Shown here one piece after another: positions 7,568-17,270 of a stretch of 64,000 nt of DNA. Below the pieces are notes generated by a model. It ran no database searches. It was not told the origin of the DNA and worked only from the letters and a program-made list of their open reading frames with translations. The DNA is from a virus. Its lineage: Duplodnaviria; Caudoviricetes. The DNA is taken from the IMG/VR virus record IMGVR_UViG_3300033066_001190, positions 1 to 64,000 of that record; one strand, given 5' to 3'. Position 1 is the stretch's first letter; each line of letters begins with the position of its first letter. Both the position numbers and the translations under genes were made by a program.

Positions 7568-9001
7568 TTAATCTTTAACTTGTTGATAATAATTCCAAAT
7601 CTCTAACCAATTGGCATATGTTGATTTCGCAGATTTGCAACCAGTTTTTTCAAACGTAATTTCTGATACTTTAGCATCATAACTACCAAACTTTGTTGGA
7701 ACATTGCTGTAAAAATCTACCATTTCTTTTACATAATTGGTAATATTTTCACTACCTTGATAAATTCCTTGTGGTTTTACGTTTACAATAAATGAATTAG
7801 GTGCGCCAAGAGTAAAATCTTTAGATGAATAAGCTTGAATTTCTTCTGGTGTAGCTTTTCTCATAAATTCATCTTGACAACCTCCTTCTACTTTTTCATT
7901 AGTTGCAATTACAAACATTTTTCCTCCGTAATAAGCTTTTTTAGGTTGTACAATTTTTCCAAATAAATCTTTTTGTCCAGCAGCCCAATGAGTTGCATTT
8001 GCTGGTACATTAAGAATCACATAATCCCCCACTTTAAACTTTTCTTCGTAAACGGCTTCCCAAGTTTCTACGATTTCTGCTGGAAGAACTATTTTATTAT
8101 CTCCATCATATTTACATTCATACCAAACTCCAAAATAAGAACTTGTTTTTTTAAATGTTAATCCTTTTACACTATGTCCCCCTAAATCCATAGGAGCTTT
8201 GTAACCAATTATTTTTCTTGTTGTTTGTTTTTCCATGTCTATTAGTTCTTGCAATTTGTAAATTTGAATTTCTGAGTCAGGTTTTACTCTACCACTGTAT
8301 TGTACTATTTCGTCACTTTTAACCCAATAAATGCGAGAATCAAAACCTTCACCCGTATAATCATTTATATCATATCCACGTTTTTCAAACCAATTAAGGA
8401 TATCTTTCCCATTTTCATTTTCTATAACTATTCCAAAATTTTCTGTAGGTAACATTTGTTTAGGGTTTGTTTTGTTATAATATTCTTTTAATGTTTCATC
8501 TTCTCCAAATTTAGGAATATAGACGTTTTTAATGAATTGTTCTATGGTTATACGTTTATAATTAGAAAACTTATCAATATTATTATTAAACCATCTTGTC
8601 GCACAATAAAAACTTCTATCAACAGTGTGTTTTGATAATAAAATTTTATCTAAATATCTATCAATCATATCACGATATGTTCTAACTGAATTTCTCCATT
8701 TCTCAAAAATATCAAATGTTTCTTCTGTATATTGTATATACCATTGTTCTGGAAATTCTTCAAAATCAATTTCATTAAAGAAAATAACAGTGTCAGCTCC
8801 AGATTGTTTATAAGATCCAGCATCTGTTTTTGAAACAAAATAATCCCATGTACCACGTGTTAAACTATAATTTTTTTTTCTTGAAGACGGCCAAAAATTA
8901 CACATGTTAAATAAACCTGTATCTTTCAATTTCTGCCATTGTTTTTTTGTTTCAATATAAACAACTACTTTATCATTGTTTACTAAATCTTTTAGTTTCA
9001 T
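7568..9001 (-). CDS. Mosaic multi-module hypothetical protein
   Basis: 477 aa built of short modules (FPEQWYI, LPTENFGI, RKIIGYKAP, FKVGDYV...RKATPEEI). Confidence 0.8.
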   Translation of the reverse strand: MKLKDLVNNDKVVVYIETKKQWQKLKDTGLFNMCNFWPSSRKKNYSLTRGTWDYFVSKTDAGSYKQSGADTVIFFNEIDFEEFPEQWYIQYTEETFDIFEKWRNSVRTYRDMIDRYLDKILLSKHTVDRSFYCATRWFNNNIDKFSNYKRITIEQFIKNVYIPKFGEDETLKEYYNKTNPKQMLPTENFGIVIENENGKDILNWFEKRGYDINDYTGEGFDSRIYWVKSDEIVQYSGRVKPDSEIQIYKLQELIDMEKQTTRKIIGYKAPMDLGGHSVKGLTFKKTSSYFGVWYECKYDGDNKIVLPAEIVETWEAVYEEKFKVGDYVILNVPANATHWAAGQKDLFGKIVQPKKAYYGGKMFVIATNEKVEGGCQDEFMRKATPEEIQAYSSKDFTLGAPNSFIVNVKPQGIYQGSENITNYVKEMVDFYSNVPTKFGSYDAKVSEITFEKTGCKSAKSTYANWLEIWNYYQQVKD

Positions 9002-9294
9002 ACTAATTGTTTTATTTCTTTAATTTGTTCTTGTGTTAATTCGCTTTGATCTAAATTTCTAAATCTGGAAACTTTCCAAGCAGGTTCTTTTAAAGCACTT
9101 CCTAAAATTTTATGTTTAATTGGTACTTCCTTGTTAATTATTTCATTTAACAAGATTTCCCAATCTCCATTAGAATTCCTAGAAATGCTTCTAGGACTAT
9201 ACATAACATCTTTTAGAGGTGTTACAATTCCATGTTGATCATAAAAAGCTCTTTGTTCAGCACTAAAATTACCATCTATACATAATAAATCCAT
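8998..9294 (-). CDS. Hypothetical protein
   Basis: ATGA-coupled ORF. Confidence 0.7.
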   Translation of the reverse strand: MDLLCIDGNFSAEQRAFYDQHGIVTPLKDVMYSPRSISRNSNGDWEILLNEIINKEVPIKHKILGSALKEPAWKVSRFRNLDQSELTQEQIKEIKQLV

Positions 9295-9488
9295 ATTAAT
9301 TTAGTTGTTTTAGATTGTTTTTTAACCTATTTAAAGCTTCTTCATACCTTAAATTGAATTTTTCTTTTTCTGATAAATCATTCCAATTATCAGGATATAC
9401 AGTGGTTTTTATTTTAACAACAGGTTTTTGTATTATAACCTCTTGTTGTTTTGGTAAAAGTAGTTCTAATATGCTCATAAGTTTAATT

Positions 9489-9896
9489 TTAATACCAATC
9501 ATTACCAATTCCGCATTCTTCCAATCTTTGACGAGTTGGCATATATGTTTGAGTGTATGATGAATAAAAATCAATCCCTATACCATCAAACATTTCGCTT
9601 TCATATTCAGGATCACAATCTTTAAAATAATCCTCTCTTGAAGAAATTTTTAAATGTTTTGCAGTTTTTAGTTTATCAAAGTCAATAGGTTGTAAAAATT
9701 CAATAATTAACGTCCTATCATCTGAATGATAATTGGGATTAATTTCTTTTGTAACAATTCTATAATCTAATCCTGCTGTCAATCCTTCGTAAATAGATTG
9801 TATACTTTTTTGAGCAGAATAACTATCTCTATCATTCCATTTTGTGTGATGCACTACTGCATCTTCACAAAGTTTAATTAAATCTTGTCTTTCCAT
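9489..9896 (-). CDS. Hypothetical phage protein
   Basis: LIKLCEDAVVHHTKWNDRDSYSAQ...YMPTRQRLE...DWY. Confidence 0.75.
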   Translation of the reverse strand: MERQDLIKLCEDAVVHHTKWNDRDSYSAQKSIQSIYEGLTAGLDYRIVTKEINPNYHSDDRTLIIEFLQPIDFDKLKTAKHLKISSREDYFKDCDPEYESEMFDGIGIDFYSSYTQTYMPTRQRLEECGIGNDWY

Positions 9897-9910
9897 TTTT
9901 TAATTTAATA

Positions 9911-10225
9911 TTAATATAAATCCTCGCTGTACAATGTTTGTTTTTCCTCCTTGATTTGACCCGCATCAAAGGCAATGATAGCCCCTTCCTCTCTATCAAC
10001 AAATCGGTTCTTATTAGTTAAAAAGCCTTGAACATATTCTCCACATTCAGTAATAACGCTTCTTTTTCCTGTAATTGCAGACATAGAATACATACAATGA
10101 GGGTGTCTATGTCCACAAAATACAATACCTTCATGTACATTTATAGGATTTTGATTAGCAAGTCCTTCTTTTATTAATGGTAGTTCTTTATACCAAATCG
10201 CAGCACACAAAATATATTCATTCAT
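9911..10225 (-). CDS. Hypothetical phage protein
   Basis: ILCAAIWY...GHRH...QGFLTNKNRFVDREE...LYSEDLY pattern. Confidence 0.8.
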   Translation of the reverse strand: MNEYILCAAIWYKELPLIKEGLANQNPINVHEGIVFCGHRHPHCMYSMSAITGKRSVITECGEYVQGFLTNKNRFVDREEGAIIAFDAGQIKEEKQTLYSEDLY

Positions 10226-10249
10226 ATTCCTTTCATTTAGTTGTTAGGG

Positions 10250-10552
10250 TTAGGGGGTGCGGAATTGTCTTTTTGTTATTCCAGTAATGATTTTTTTAAT
10301 TTCATCTACGCTAAAAAATCCATCGTAATCATAATTATATAGGCAAATAGCTTCAGTAATATTCCTGAAATCATTGGGGTCACTTTTACATATATATAAT
10401 GTTTCGTTTGGCGTTCCGAGGTTTGCAATAGAAAGATGTCTATTTCTCCCTAAGTCATAAATTAAATTGTTGCCAATTGTGAAGTGAGGCAGTTCCTTAA
10501 ACCCAATATCTAAATACTGCTTTCGCAATAAATCGCCTTTATATCCTTCCAT
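10250..10552 (-). CDS. Hypothetical protein
   Basis: 100-aa ORF in the operon. Confidence 0.7.
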   Translation of the reverse strand: MEGYKGDLLRKQYLDIGFKELPHFTIGNNLIYDLGRNRHLSIANLGTPNETLYICKSDPNDFRNITEAICLYNYDYDGFFSVDEIKKIITGITKRQFRTP

Positions 10553-10569
10553 GTCGTTTTGGTTTTGGT

Positions 10570-10827
10570 TTAATTATCTATTCTTACAGTGTTACCTTTA
10601 AATACACCTCTCGTAACACAACCTGTGACTATTTCACCATTTGGAGCAATCGCTTTAAATTTTGTTGCATAAAAATCACCTTCTGAACGCATAAACCATG
10701 CATATCCACCAATTTCAATTGGTATGTATTTATTATATTCTAGTGTTTTTTTTGTTCCTTCTTTATCTGTACAAGAAGAAAAGAAGATTGTTAATGTAAA
10801 AATTGATAATTTTAATAAATTTTTCAT
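10570..10827 (-). CDS. Small phage lipoprotein
   Basis: Signal peptide ending FFSS-C; GY.WF...D.Y.T.F.A..PNG..V.G.V..G..KG.T.R pattern. Confidence 0.75.
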   Translation of the reverse strand: MKNLLKLSIFTLTIFFSSCTDKEGTKKTLEYNKYIPIEIGGYAWFMRSEGDFYATKFKAIAPNGEIVTGCVTRGVFKGNTVRIDN

Positions 10828-10828
10828 T

Positions 10829-11380
10829 TTATTTCTTTTTTAAAAATGTAACAAATTCTTCCCCTTTATCGGAAAATGATTTTATCATTGAACAAATTAA
10901 ACCATATGACATTCCAGAATGACCTTGTCCTTCAATAATTACTTTAACTTTGTCAAAAGATTCATTATTGTTTAAAGCATTTACAATTTCAAGACACATA
11001 GGTAATTCCATCCCTTCATATAAATCATTAAGTCTTATAGGAACACATTTAGCCCATAATTTATGATACTTTTTATCTAATATTTCATTACCTTTTTTAA
11101 TCCATTCTTTAGTTAATTCAGGTATAGATTGTTTGTGTTTTTCTTGTTGCTCTTTATATTCTTGATTGCGTTTTAAATCTTCTGCATCCCATTCTGCTTT
11201 TGATTTTCCAAGTATTTTTTTATAAGCTGAATCAATGTCATCTATATCAGAATATAATAAATGTCCGTTAAAAGAACCATAAACTAATTTACCTTCTTTT
11301 TTATATCTTTGTAATTCTTGAATTGCAGATTCAATATTACTTCCTAGTAAAAATGCAATTTCGGTGTAATTTTTTTTCAT
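10829..11380 (-). CDS. Hypothetical phage protein
   Basis: FNGHLLYSD...W..CVPIRL.DLY.G...QGHSGMSY. Confidence 0.75.
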   Translation of the reverse strand: MKKNYTEIAFLLGSNIESAIQELQRYKKEGKLVYGSFNGHLLYSDIDDIDSAYKKILGKSKAEWDAEDLKRNQEYKEQQEKHKQSIPELTKEWIKKGNEILDKKYHKLWAKCVPIRLNDLYEGMELPMCLEIVNALNNNESFDKVKVIIEGQGHSGMSYGLICSMIKSFSDKGEEFVTFLKKK

Positions 11381-11925
11381 TTCATTTCTTTTAATGATTG
11401 TGAATAAGATTTTATGTATTTTTCATTTCCTGGATAGTTTTTGTTACAATACACTTGATCTAGGAATTGATAATATTCATCTTCTGTTTCGATGTTTCTT
11501 GTAAAAGCCTCTTGATACAAGGCGTAATCAATGAGAGATTCTCTCCAATTTCTATAAACATTAAAACCTAGGTTTTCACCTCTTGCTGTTGTAGCTCTTG
11601 AAAAGCTAGGTCGCATTCCTGTTATATTGTGATTTATTTTAGATATATTGGATTTTAGGTAATTGCTTTCTCTCTTGATTTGCTTTAAAACAATATTTGG
11701 AAACCTTATTTTTAAAGCTTTAATTTCTTTTTCTACCAATTGTAGATTTAGGTCGTTATTTTTTTCAATAATGACAGGAACTCTTTCTGTATAATTATTT
11801 GTAATTACACCAGATGTAAAAGAGATTAAAAAGAACACAACAACTACCAAGAATAGAATAAAGTAATTTTTTCTAGTAGTTGTTGGTTCAAATTGTAATG
11901 TTTGTTTGTTGTATTTGTATAACAT
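11377..11925 (-). CDS. Membrane-anchored glucosaminidase (GH73-like peptidoglycan hydrolase)
   Basis: N-terminal TM helix; Q...ES....S.....HNITGMR...YRNWRESLIDY motifs. Confidence 0.7.
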   Translation of the reverse strand: MLYKYNKQTLQFEPTTTRKNYFILFLVVVVFFLISFTSGVITNNYTERVPVIIEKNNDLNLQLVEKEIKALKIRFPNIVLKQIKRESNYLKSNISKINHNITGMRPSFSRATTARGENLGFNVYRNWRESLIDYALYQEAFTRNIETEDEYYQFLDQVYCNKNYPGNEKYIKSYSQSLKEMK

Positions 11926-11969
11926 AATGTTTGTATTAAGAACACAAATCTATGAATTCTAGGTCGGTG

Positions 11970-12161
11970 TTAATTGTGATTATTTCCATTGAAGATTAAT
12001 TTTATCATTTTAATTACTGCTAACCAGCTCCAAAAAGATTCTTTTAAATTAAGATGTTCTGGAAAATTGTTAGCTGTATTCCATAAAGAAATACTCATTG
12101 CTGCAATAGCTACACCAGAACAATATGCCAAAAATAGGCAAAATATTAATGTTTCTATCAT
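11970..12161 (-). CDS. Small membrane protein
   Basis: Hydrophobic 63-aa ORF. Confidence 0.55.
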   Translation of the reverse strand: MIETLIFCLFLAYCSGVAIAAMSISLWNTANNFPEHLNLKESFWSWLAVIKMIKLIFNGNNHN

Positions 12162-12218
12162 TTGTAATGGTTTTTAATAGGGAGAAGTTGTTACACTCCT
12201 CCCTATTTTGTTAAAAAA

Positions 12219-12599
12219 TTAAGCTGTTACAGCTTGCGATTCAAATTGTTTTACAAATTCTTCTACATTAAAATTTGTTACGTCATTATCATCTTCAAAT
12301 AAACTTTCACGATTGTTTGGAGATGTAAACTTATAACGAGTTTCTCCCCCTTCATTTACTGTTTTAGCAATACTTGTTGAAAGAATATAATTCTTTACAG
12401 AATTACCCTCTCCAATTGTATCAATTACACTTTGAGCTGATGCTCTTGAAAAATAAACATTTGTAGCTTTACCATCTTTTCTATACAATGTTACATAAGG
12501 ATAACCATTTTGGTTAATTTTTAATCCTGGGCTAACTTTTGTAATTCCTACCAATTTTGCTAAAGATTTAAATTCAGCTACTTCTAATACTTGTTCCAT
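12219..12599 (-). CDS. Hypothetical protein, possibly ssDNA-binding
   Basis: Beta-rich with an acidic tail (NQNGYPYVT...NVYFSR...GETRYK); flanked by a structured leader and a 3' hairpin. Confidence 0.55.
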   Translation of the reverse strand: MEQVLEVAEFKSLAKLVGITKVSPGLKINQNGYPYVTLYRKDGKATNVYFSRASAQSVIDTIGEGNSVKNYILSTSIAKTVNEGGETRYKFTSPNNRESLFEDDNDVTNFNVEEFVKQFESQAVTA

Positions 12600-12700
12600 G
12601 TTTTTAATTGTTTTAATTGTTATAAATGATTAATTTTCAATTGATTAGCTCAATTTGAATAAAGCTGTAGATATACTATTCGCAGTGTTCTACCCTGCTA

Positions 12701-12964
12701 TTACCTGAATTTCATTTCTGGTAATCCTTCATAAATACGTACCACTTTGTGTACATGATCTCCCATTGCTAATTGAAGATCATTTAACACTCTTCCAGCT
12801 TTCTTTACCTGAATGCCTATTTCTTCATGATTTACCTTTGGTTTAAAAGTTTTGAAATATTCAGCACTCGGTTTGTACTTATAAGAAGTACCACGAAAAC
12901 TAAGTCTACCTTCTTTGGTAGCTTGTTCAATTGCTTTAATAGCTTTTTCTCTTGCTGGATTCAT
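12701..12964 (-). CDS. Hypothetical protein
   Basis: ORF in the operon. Confidence 0.65.
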   Translation of the reverse strand: MNPAREKAIKAIEQATKEGRLSFRGTSYKYKPSAEYFKTFKPKVNHEEIGIQVKKAGRVLNDLQLAMGDHVHKVVRIYEGLPEMKFR

Positions 12965-13688
12965 TTTCTTGGAATTTTAATGGTGGACAATGATTTGTAT
13001 AAACTCCTGTTAATTTTGTAAATAGCCAACCTAATAATGCACCTAAAATGATGAACGGAAGCTTGATTAATTGAAATACACCTTGTAAAATGTCCGTAAT
13101 AGGATCTAACCAATATTCATTCCATTCCTCTTTTTCATGAACTAAATAAATTATTCCTAAAATAACAGCTATTGAAACAGAAATGACTAATAGAAAAAAC
13201 ATTATTGTAATAGTGTATTTAATCAAACCAATAATAATTAAAGTGGCAACTAAAACGATTAATCCCCCAATAAATAAATTCCACATGATTGTTTTAGCAT
13301 TTTTATACATTACTTTAAATGCTTCTCTTCTAGTTGTGGGTATATTTACATCAGGTACTTTATCTACCAATTTGTGCCAACTTTTAGGTATTTGGTTACG
13401 AAATACATAATTAGATGCTTTTTCTAATAATTCAAAAATAGGAAAACCAATATATACACTCAATACATAAAAAGGAATAATATGCAAACTAAGCACAATT
13501 AACCAATAATAAGGGCATGTGTTTTTTACATCATCTGTATCAATGTCCCACATCCATTTTATTAGTTTAAAATGCCATGATTTTTCACTAATTAAAAGAA
13601 ATCCTGTTCTGGATTTATACATCCAATAAAACATCCCTAATACACATAATAGTGCATCTACTAATAAAAGTATGAACTTTATTTTCAT
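12936..13688 (-). CDS. Multi-pass membrane protein
   Basis: Several TM segments; SWHFKL...CPYYW...CPPL. Confidence 0.75.
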   Translation of the reverse strand: MKIKFILLLVDALLCVLGMFYWMYKSRTGFLLISEKSWHFKLIKWMWDIDTDDVKNTCPYYWLIVLSLHIIPFYVLSVYIGFPIFELLEKASNYVFRNQIPKSWHKLVDKVPDVNIPTTRREAFKVMYKNAKTIMWNLFIGGLIVLVATLIIIGLIKYTITIMFFLLVISVSIAVILGIIYLVHEKEEWNEYWLDPITDILQGVFQLIKLPFIILGALLGWLFTKLTGVYTNHCPPLKFQENESSKRKSY

Positions 13689-13710
13689 TTTTTGATATTT
13701 TTTAATAAAT

Positions 13711-13743
13711 AAAAAAAGGAGAAGGTTTTTACACCTCCTCCTC
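13711..13743 (-). terminator. Intrinsic terminator after 13772..14170
   Basis: AGGAGGAGGT-GTAAAA-ACCTTCTCCT followed by a T run on the minus strand. Confidence 0.8.
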
Positions 13744-13771
13744 TAACCACAACCGAAACACACTAATATTA

Positions 13772-14170
13772 TTATGCTAAATCTTGTAAACGATCAGCAT
13801 GCATTTGTTTTGATTCACTTAAATCAGCCATTTCAGCTTTTACAGCATCTAAACGAGTTTTAGCTGTTGCTAATTGCTGAGATTTAGAATTGTAATTGTT
13901 TACATAGCTTTCGTAAGTATTATCGTTAGGCAGGTAAAATCTAGCTTCTTCAAGAGCTTTTTCAGCTTGATTCACTGCAATTGCAGCTCTTTTAAGATCC
14001 AATTCTTTTCTACGAATTTCCAAATCATAGGCAGCAATCTGCCCATCTGCATCAATTCTTGCTTTTTCCAAGAAGTTTACAATTGCTTCTTCTTGTTTTT
14101 GTTTTTCTGTTTTGTTTAGATTAGCAAGATTTACTGCTAAAAACTGTGATTTTTTTGTTGTTGTTGACAT
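13772..14170 (-). CDS. Coiled-coil protein
   Basis: A/E/K/Q-rich heptads; has its own terminator. Confidence 0.75.
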   Translation of the reverse strand: MSTTTKKSQFLAVNLANLNKTEKQKQEEAIVNFLEKARIDADGQIAAYDLEIRRKELDLKRAAIAVNQAEKALEEARFYLPNDNTYESYVNNYNSKSQQLATAKTRLDAVKAEMADLSESKQMHADRLQDLA

Positions 14171-14172
14171 GT

Positions 14173-15324
14173 TTAAATTGTTTTAATGGTTTTGATTAAT
14201 TTGATTTGTTTCGGTTTACTAACTGTTGTTGGTTGTGGTTGTTTAAAGAATTTGATTAGTTTTGATGGAGAATCAGGATTTATTGAACCTACTATTGCAA
14301 AACTTGCTGAATTAGATACAATATCTGAATCAATAAAACCTATTTTACCTCCAAATCTAAGAATAGCTTGTTTAAATTCATCAAATGATACAGGTTTATA
14401 ATGATTAGCACGTTCTAAAAGGTTTATTTGATCACCATCCCAAGTTATTTGAGGATATTGTCGAATGCGTGAGAGATGTTTATACTGTTCTTTATCAGAT
14501 TTGCAAATTGGAACATTATTCTCAATAGCTAAATCAAACAATTCAATGATTTGTTCATGTGTACAATCTCGACATACAGTGAGTGCATCAAACAAAACTT
14601 TTGGTTTAGATGGTTCAATTGTTCTACCTGCAAATTTTAGAATTGCTTCTTTGAATTGTTGAGGAGTTAACTCTTTTCCTATAACAGTGTCCCTTCTTAA
14701 AATCTCCTTCTCTTTTAAATTCCAATAAACATATTTGTACACACCATTTTTATAACTTTTGACGGTATGCTCATAAACCTCAACTCCACATTCAATAGCT
14801 AATTCTACTATTTCCTCAATATCCTTTTGTGTGCAAGGGACACATGTTACATCTGTATCAAATAGCATTTTAGGAGTTTTTGGTTTTTCAGGAACATCTT
14901 CAACTAATTCTAGCATATATTCAGCAATACAGTTTTCCTTATTTTCCCCATTCATTGCATAATAAATTATACCATCATAGATGTTGATATCACTTATTTG
15001 ATAAATATCTCCATGAAGATGACATTTAACAAAGCTTCCTTCCCTGTTACGAAAACCTGCATTAAAAACATCTTGGTCACTAGCTTTAACTCTAACTCTG
15101 TTTCCTACTTTAAATTTAGGTTGGTTAGGTAATGGATCTTGAGTGAAGTAGCTATCAGTTGCAAAAAATACAAAATTGTTTTTACGATATTCTTCATCTG
15201 TTACTGTTTTTCCTAAATAATTATTAAAATTACCTATTCCCCAACCATTAGGAGTGTCATAAATATCACACCACAATCCATCTCGAATAAACTCCTCTTT
15301 TGTCTTAAATCTCCATTGTGCCAT
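14173..15324 (-). CDS. Mosaic protein with an internally duplicated domain
   Basis: Two copies of PK.LFD...C..CT...I.E...LAIE..V.......F..AIL.F.G. Confidence 0.8.
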   Translation of the reverse strand: MAQWRFKTKEEFIRDGLWCDIYDTPNGWGIGNFNNYLGKTVTDEEYRKNNFVFFATDSYFTQDPLPNQPKFKVGNRVRVKASDQDVFNAGFRNREGSFVKCHLHGDIYQISDINIYDGIIYYAMNGENKENCIAEYMLELVEDVPEKPKTPKMLFDTDVTCVPCTQKDIEEIVELAIECGVEVYEHTVKSYKNGVYKYVYWNLKEKEILRRDTVIGKELTPQQFKEAILKFAGRTIEPSKPKVLFDALTVCRDCTHEQIIELFDLAIENNVPICKSDKEQYKHLSRIRQYPQITWDGDQINLLERANHYKPVSFDEFKQAILRFGGKIGFIDSDIVSNSASFAIVGSINPDSPSKLIKFFKQPQPTTVSKPKQIKLIKTIKTI

Positions 15325-15513
15325 AATTAATTAAGTATTTCTACCGTTAAAAAATTATTTCTCTCTAAATCTCTTCCTAATTCAGAAGCAGAAGAAATAT
15401 TCCATGCTCCAATAGCATTAATAATTCTAAATGCTCCGTCTTTACGAAGAATTTTGATTTTCGTCTTTTTAAATTTGTCGAAATTTGCTGTGTTGTTCAT
15501 AAGTTTATGGTTT

Positions 15514-15789
15514 TTATTTGTTGAAATTTTCAAAATATTCTGTTATTGTTGGACCTGGAATATTCATTTTTGCTACATCATTAATAATCTGTTGCATTCT
15601 TTCTTTTGGTATTTGTTTAATAGCAGCTTTAAATGCTTCATCAGCTCTTTCTAGAGTTTTTGAATTATAATCTTCAAGTTTTACAAAATATTCATAAGCT
15701 TTGCAAAATGCCCAATGTTCTTTTTGTAAATCAGGCTCATTTAAACATTTTTCTATTTGTTCTTCAAGCCACTCTTTGTACTTTTTCAT
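15514..15789 (-). CDS. Hypothetical protein
   Basis: ORF in the operon. Confidence 0.65.
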   Translation of the reverse strand: MKKYKEWLEEQIEKCLNEPDLQKEHWAFCKAYEYFVKLEDYNSKTLERADEAFKAAIKQIPKERMQQIINDVAKMNIPGPTITEYFENFNK

Positions 15790-15903
15790 AAGTTTATGGT
15801 TTATATCAAATTTGTCAGGCTAAACCTGATTATATTGATATGGAAAATAAAAAAATAAGCTGTACCCTCTTGTCTTTATTATTATTTTTCTTAATTTTGT
15901 TAC

Positions 15904-16422
15904 ATGAATTCAGGAATATACAAAATAACAAATATTATAACAAATGATTTTTACATTGGTTCTTCCTCTAATTTAAAAAGAAGAAGATACAGTCATTTTA
16001 ATGCTTTAGAGAAAAATAGAAATCATTCAAAAATACTACAAAGAAGTTATAATAAATATGGTAAAGAGAATTTCATTTTTGAGATATTATTTTATTGTCC
16101 TGAAGAATATAATATCAAACTTGAAAAATGGACAATTAAAATATTGAATCCTAAATACAATATATGTAAAACAATTCCAAATAATACAACAGGTTACAAA
16201 CACACTGAAGAAGATAAAATTAAAATGAGTTTAATAGCTTCAACTAAAAAATTACAAAAATTATATCAATATGATAATAATTTAAATCTTATTAAAATTT
16301 GGGACTCTTGTAAATCTTATACTTCTTTTTATAATATTTCCACAGCAGCTTTATCTAAAGCCCTTAGAAAAAATAATAAATGTGCAGGTTTTATAGTATC
16401 AAAGAAAAATTTAAACAACTAG
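15904..16422 (+). CDS. GIY-YIG homing endonuclease, inserted antisense to the early operon
   Basis: MNSGIYKITNIITNDFYIGSSSNLKRR...H...PKYN plus NUMOD tail; TAATTTTG -7 element at 15892-15899 just before the ATG. Confidence 0.93.
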   Translation: MNSGIYKITNIITNDFYIGSSSNLKRRRYSHFNALEKNRNHSKILQRSYNKYGKENFIFEILFYCPEEYNIKLEKWTIKILNPKYNICKTIPNNTTGYKHTEEDKIKMSLIASTKKLQKLYQYDNNLNLIKIWDSCKSYTSFYNISTAALSKALRKNNKCAGFIVSKKNLNN

Positions 16423-16608
16423 TTGTCTCTCTAATTGAGAATATACTTTGTGTGTGGTTTGTCCACATCCTTCGCATATCCTAATCTAAAAATAAACATT
16501 TCTTAGATAATGTTAATAACTATTGGACACCTTTTAAAACCACTTGTCCTTTTTACACTCGAAGTTTGTGGGATAGTTATTTTTTTAGTATTAAGCAACT
16601 AGTTGTCT
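16411..16608 (-). ncRNA. Candidate structured ncRNA flanked by 18-bp direct repeats with a palindromic core
   Basis: ttaa(a/g)caactagttgtct at 16411 and 16591; nested internal stems; no ORF. Confidence 0.45.
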
Positions 16609-16615
16609 TTTAAGT

Positions 16616-16798
16616 TTATAGATTTTGTTCAATCCATTGACTTGCAGATTTGAAATCTCCCATAGGACTACCATCTGAATAAAAATATTTGGTCATATTT
16701 CTATTAACGTCTAAAGATTTATCCCAAGCTAATTTCATAAGTTGTTCAACTTCTTCTCTACTGTAAGAATCTTTCTTAACTATTTCTTTGGTTATCAT
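16616..16798 (-). CDS. Small hypothetical protein
   Basis: YSREEVEQL...WIEQNL pattern. Confidence 0.65.
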   Translation of the reverse strand: MITKEIVKKDSYSREEVEQLMKLAWDKSLDVNRNMTKYFYSDGSPMGDFKSASQWIEQNL

Positions 16799-16804
16799 AA
16801 TTGG

Positions 16805-17257
16805 TTATTTAGTAGTTTTGTAAGAAGAAATTTGATTCAATAAAGTACTTAAACCAATATTAGTTATTTTAACTTCAGAAGCTAACATTATTAACATTGA
16901 TATTTTATCATCGTTTGAAAATTTATCAATGTAAGCTTTAAAAAGATTTTCATCAAATTTAACAAATTGTTTTTGATTTGGTTTAGAATTAAGTATTTCT
17001 AACACTTTTTCACCACCAGTAGCTAATACACCACTAGTTTCTTGTAACCAGATTTTTTCAATTTCTGAACCTGTTAAACTATTAACATCTCTATCTGGAT
17101 AACCAGCAATTAATTTTTTATGTTCAACCATTAATTCCCATTTTTTTACAAATAATAATGAATTAAACCATGTAATAGCTTGCTCTCTTATTGAGCGTGA
17201 TTGTTCAATTTCATCCCAAGTTTTACCTAAAGGGTTTGATGTTTCGTTTGTTTTCAT
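16805..17257 (-). CDS. Hypothetical protein
   Basis: REQAITWFNSL...SLTGSEIEKIW. Confidence 0.7.
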   Translation of the reverse strand: MKTNETSNPLGKTWDEIEQSRSIREQAITWFNSLLFVKKWELMVEHKKLIAGYPDRDVNSLTGSEIEKIWLQETSGVLATGGEKVLEILNSKPNQKQFVKFDENLFKAYIDKFSNDDKISMLIMLASEVKITNIGLSTLLNQISSYKTTK

Positions 17258-17270
17258 CTTTTTGTTGTTT

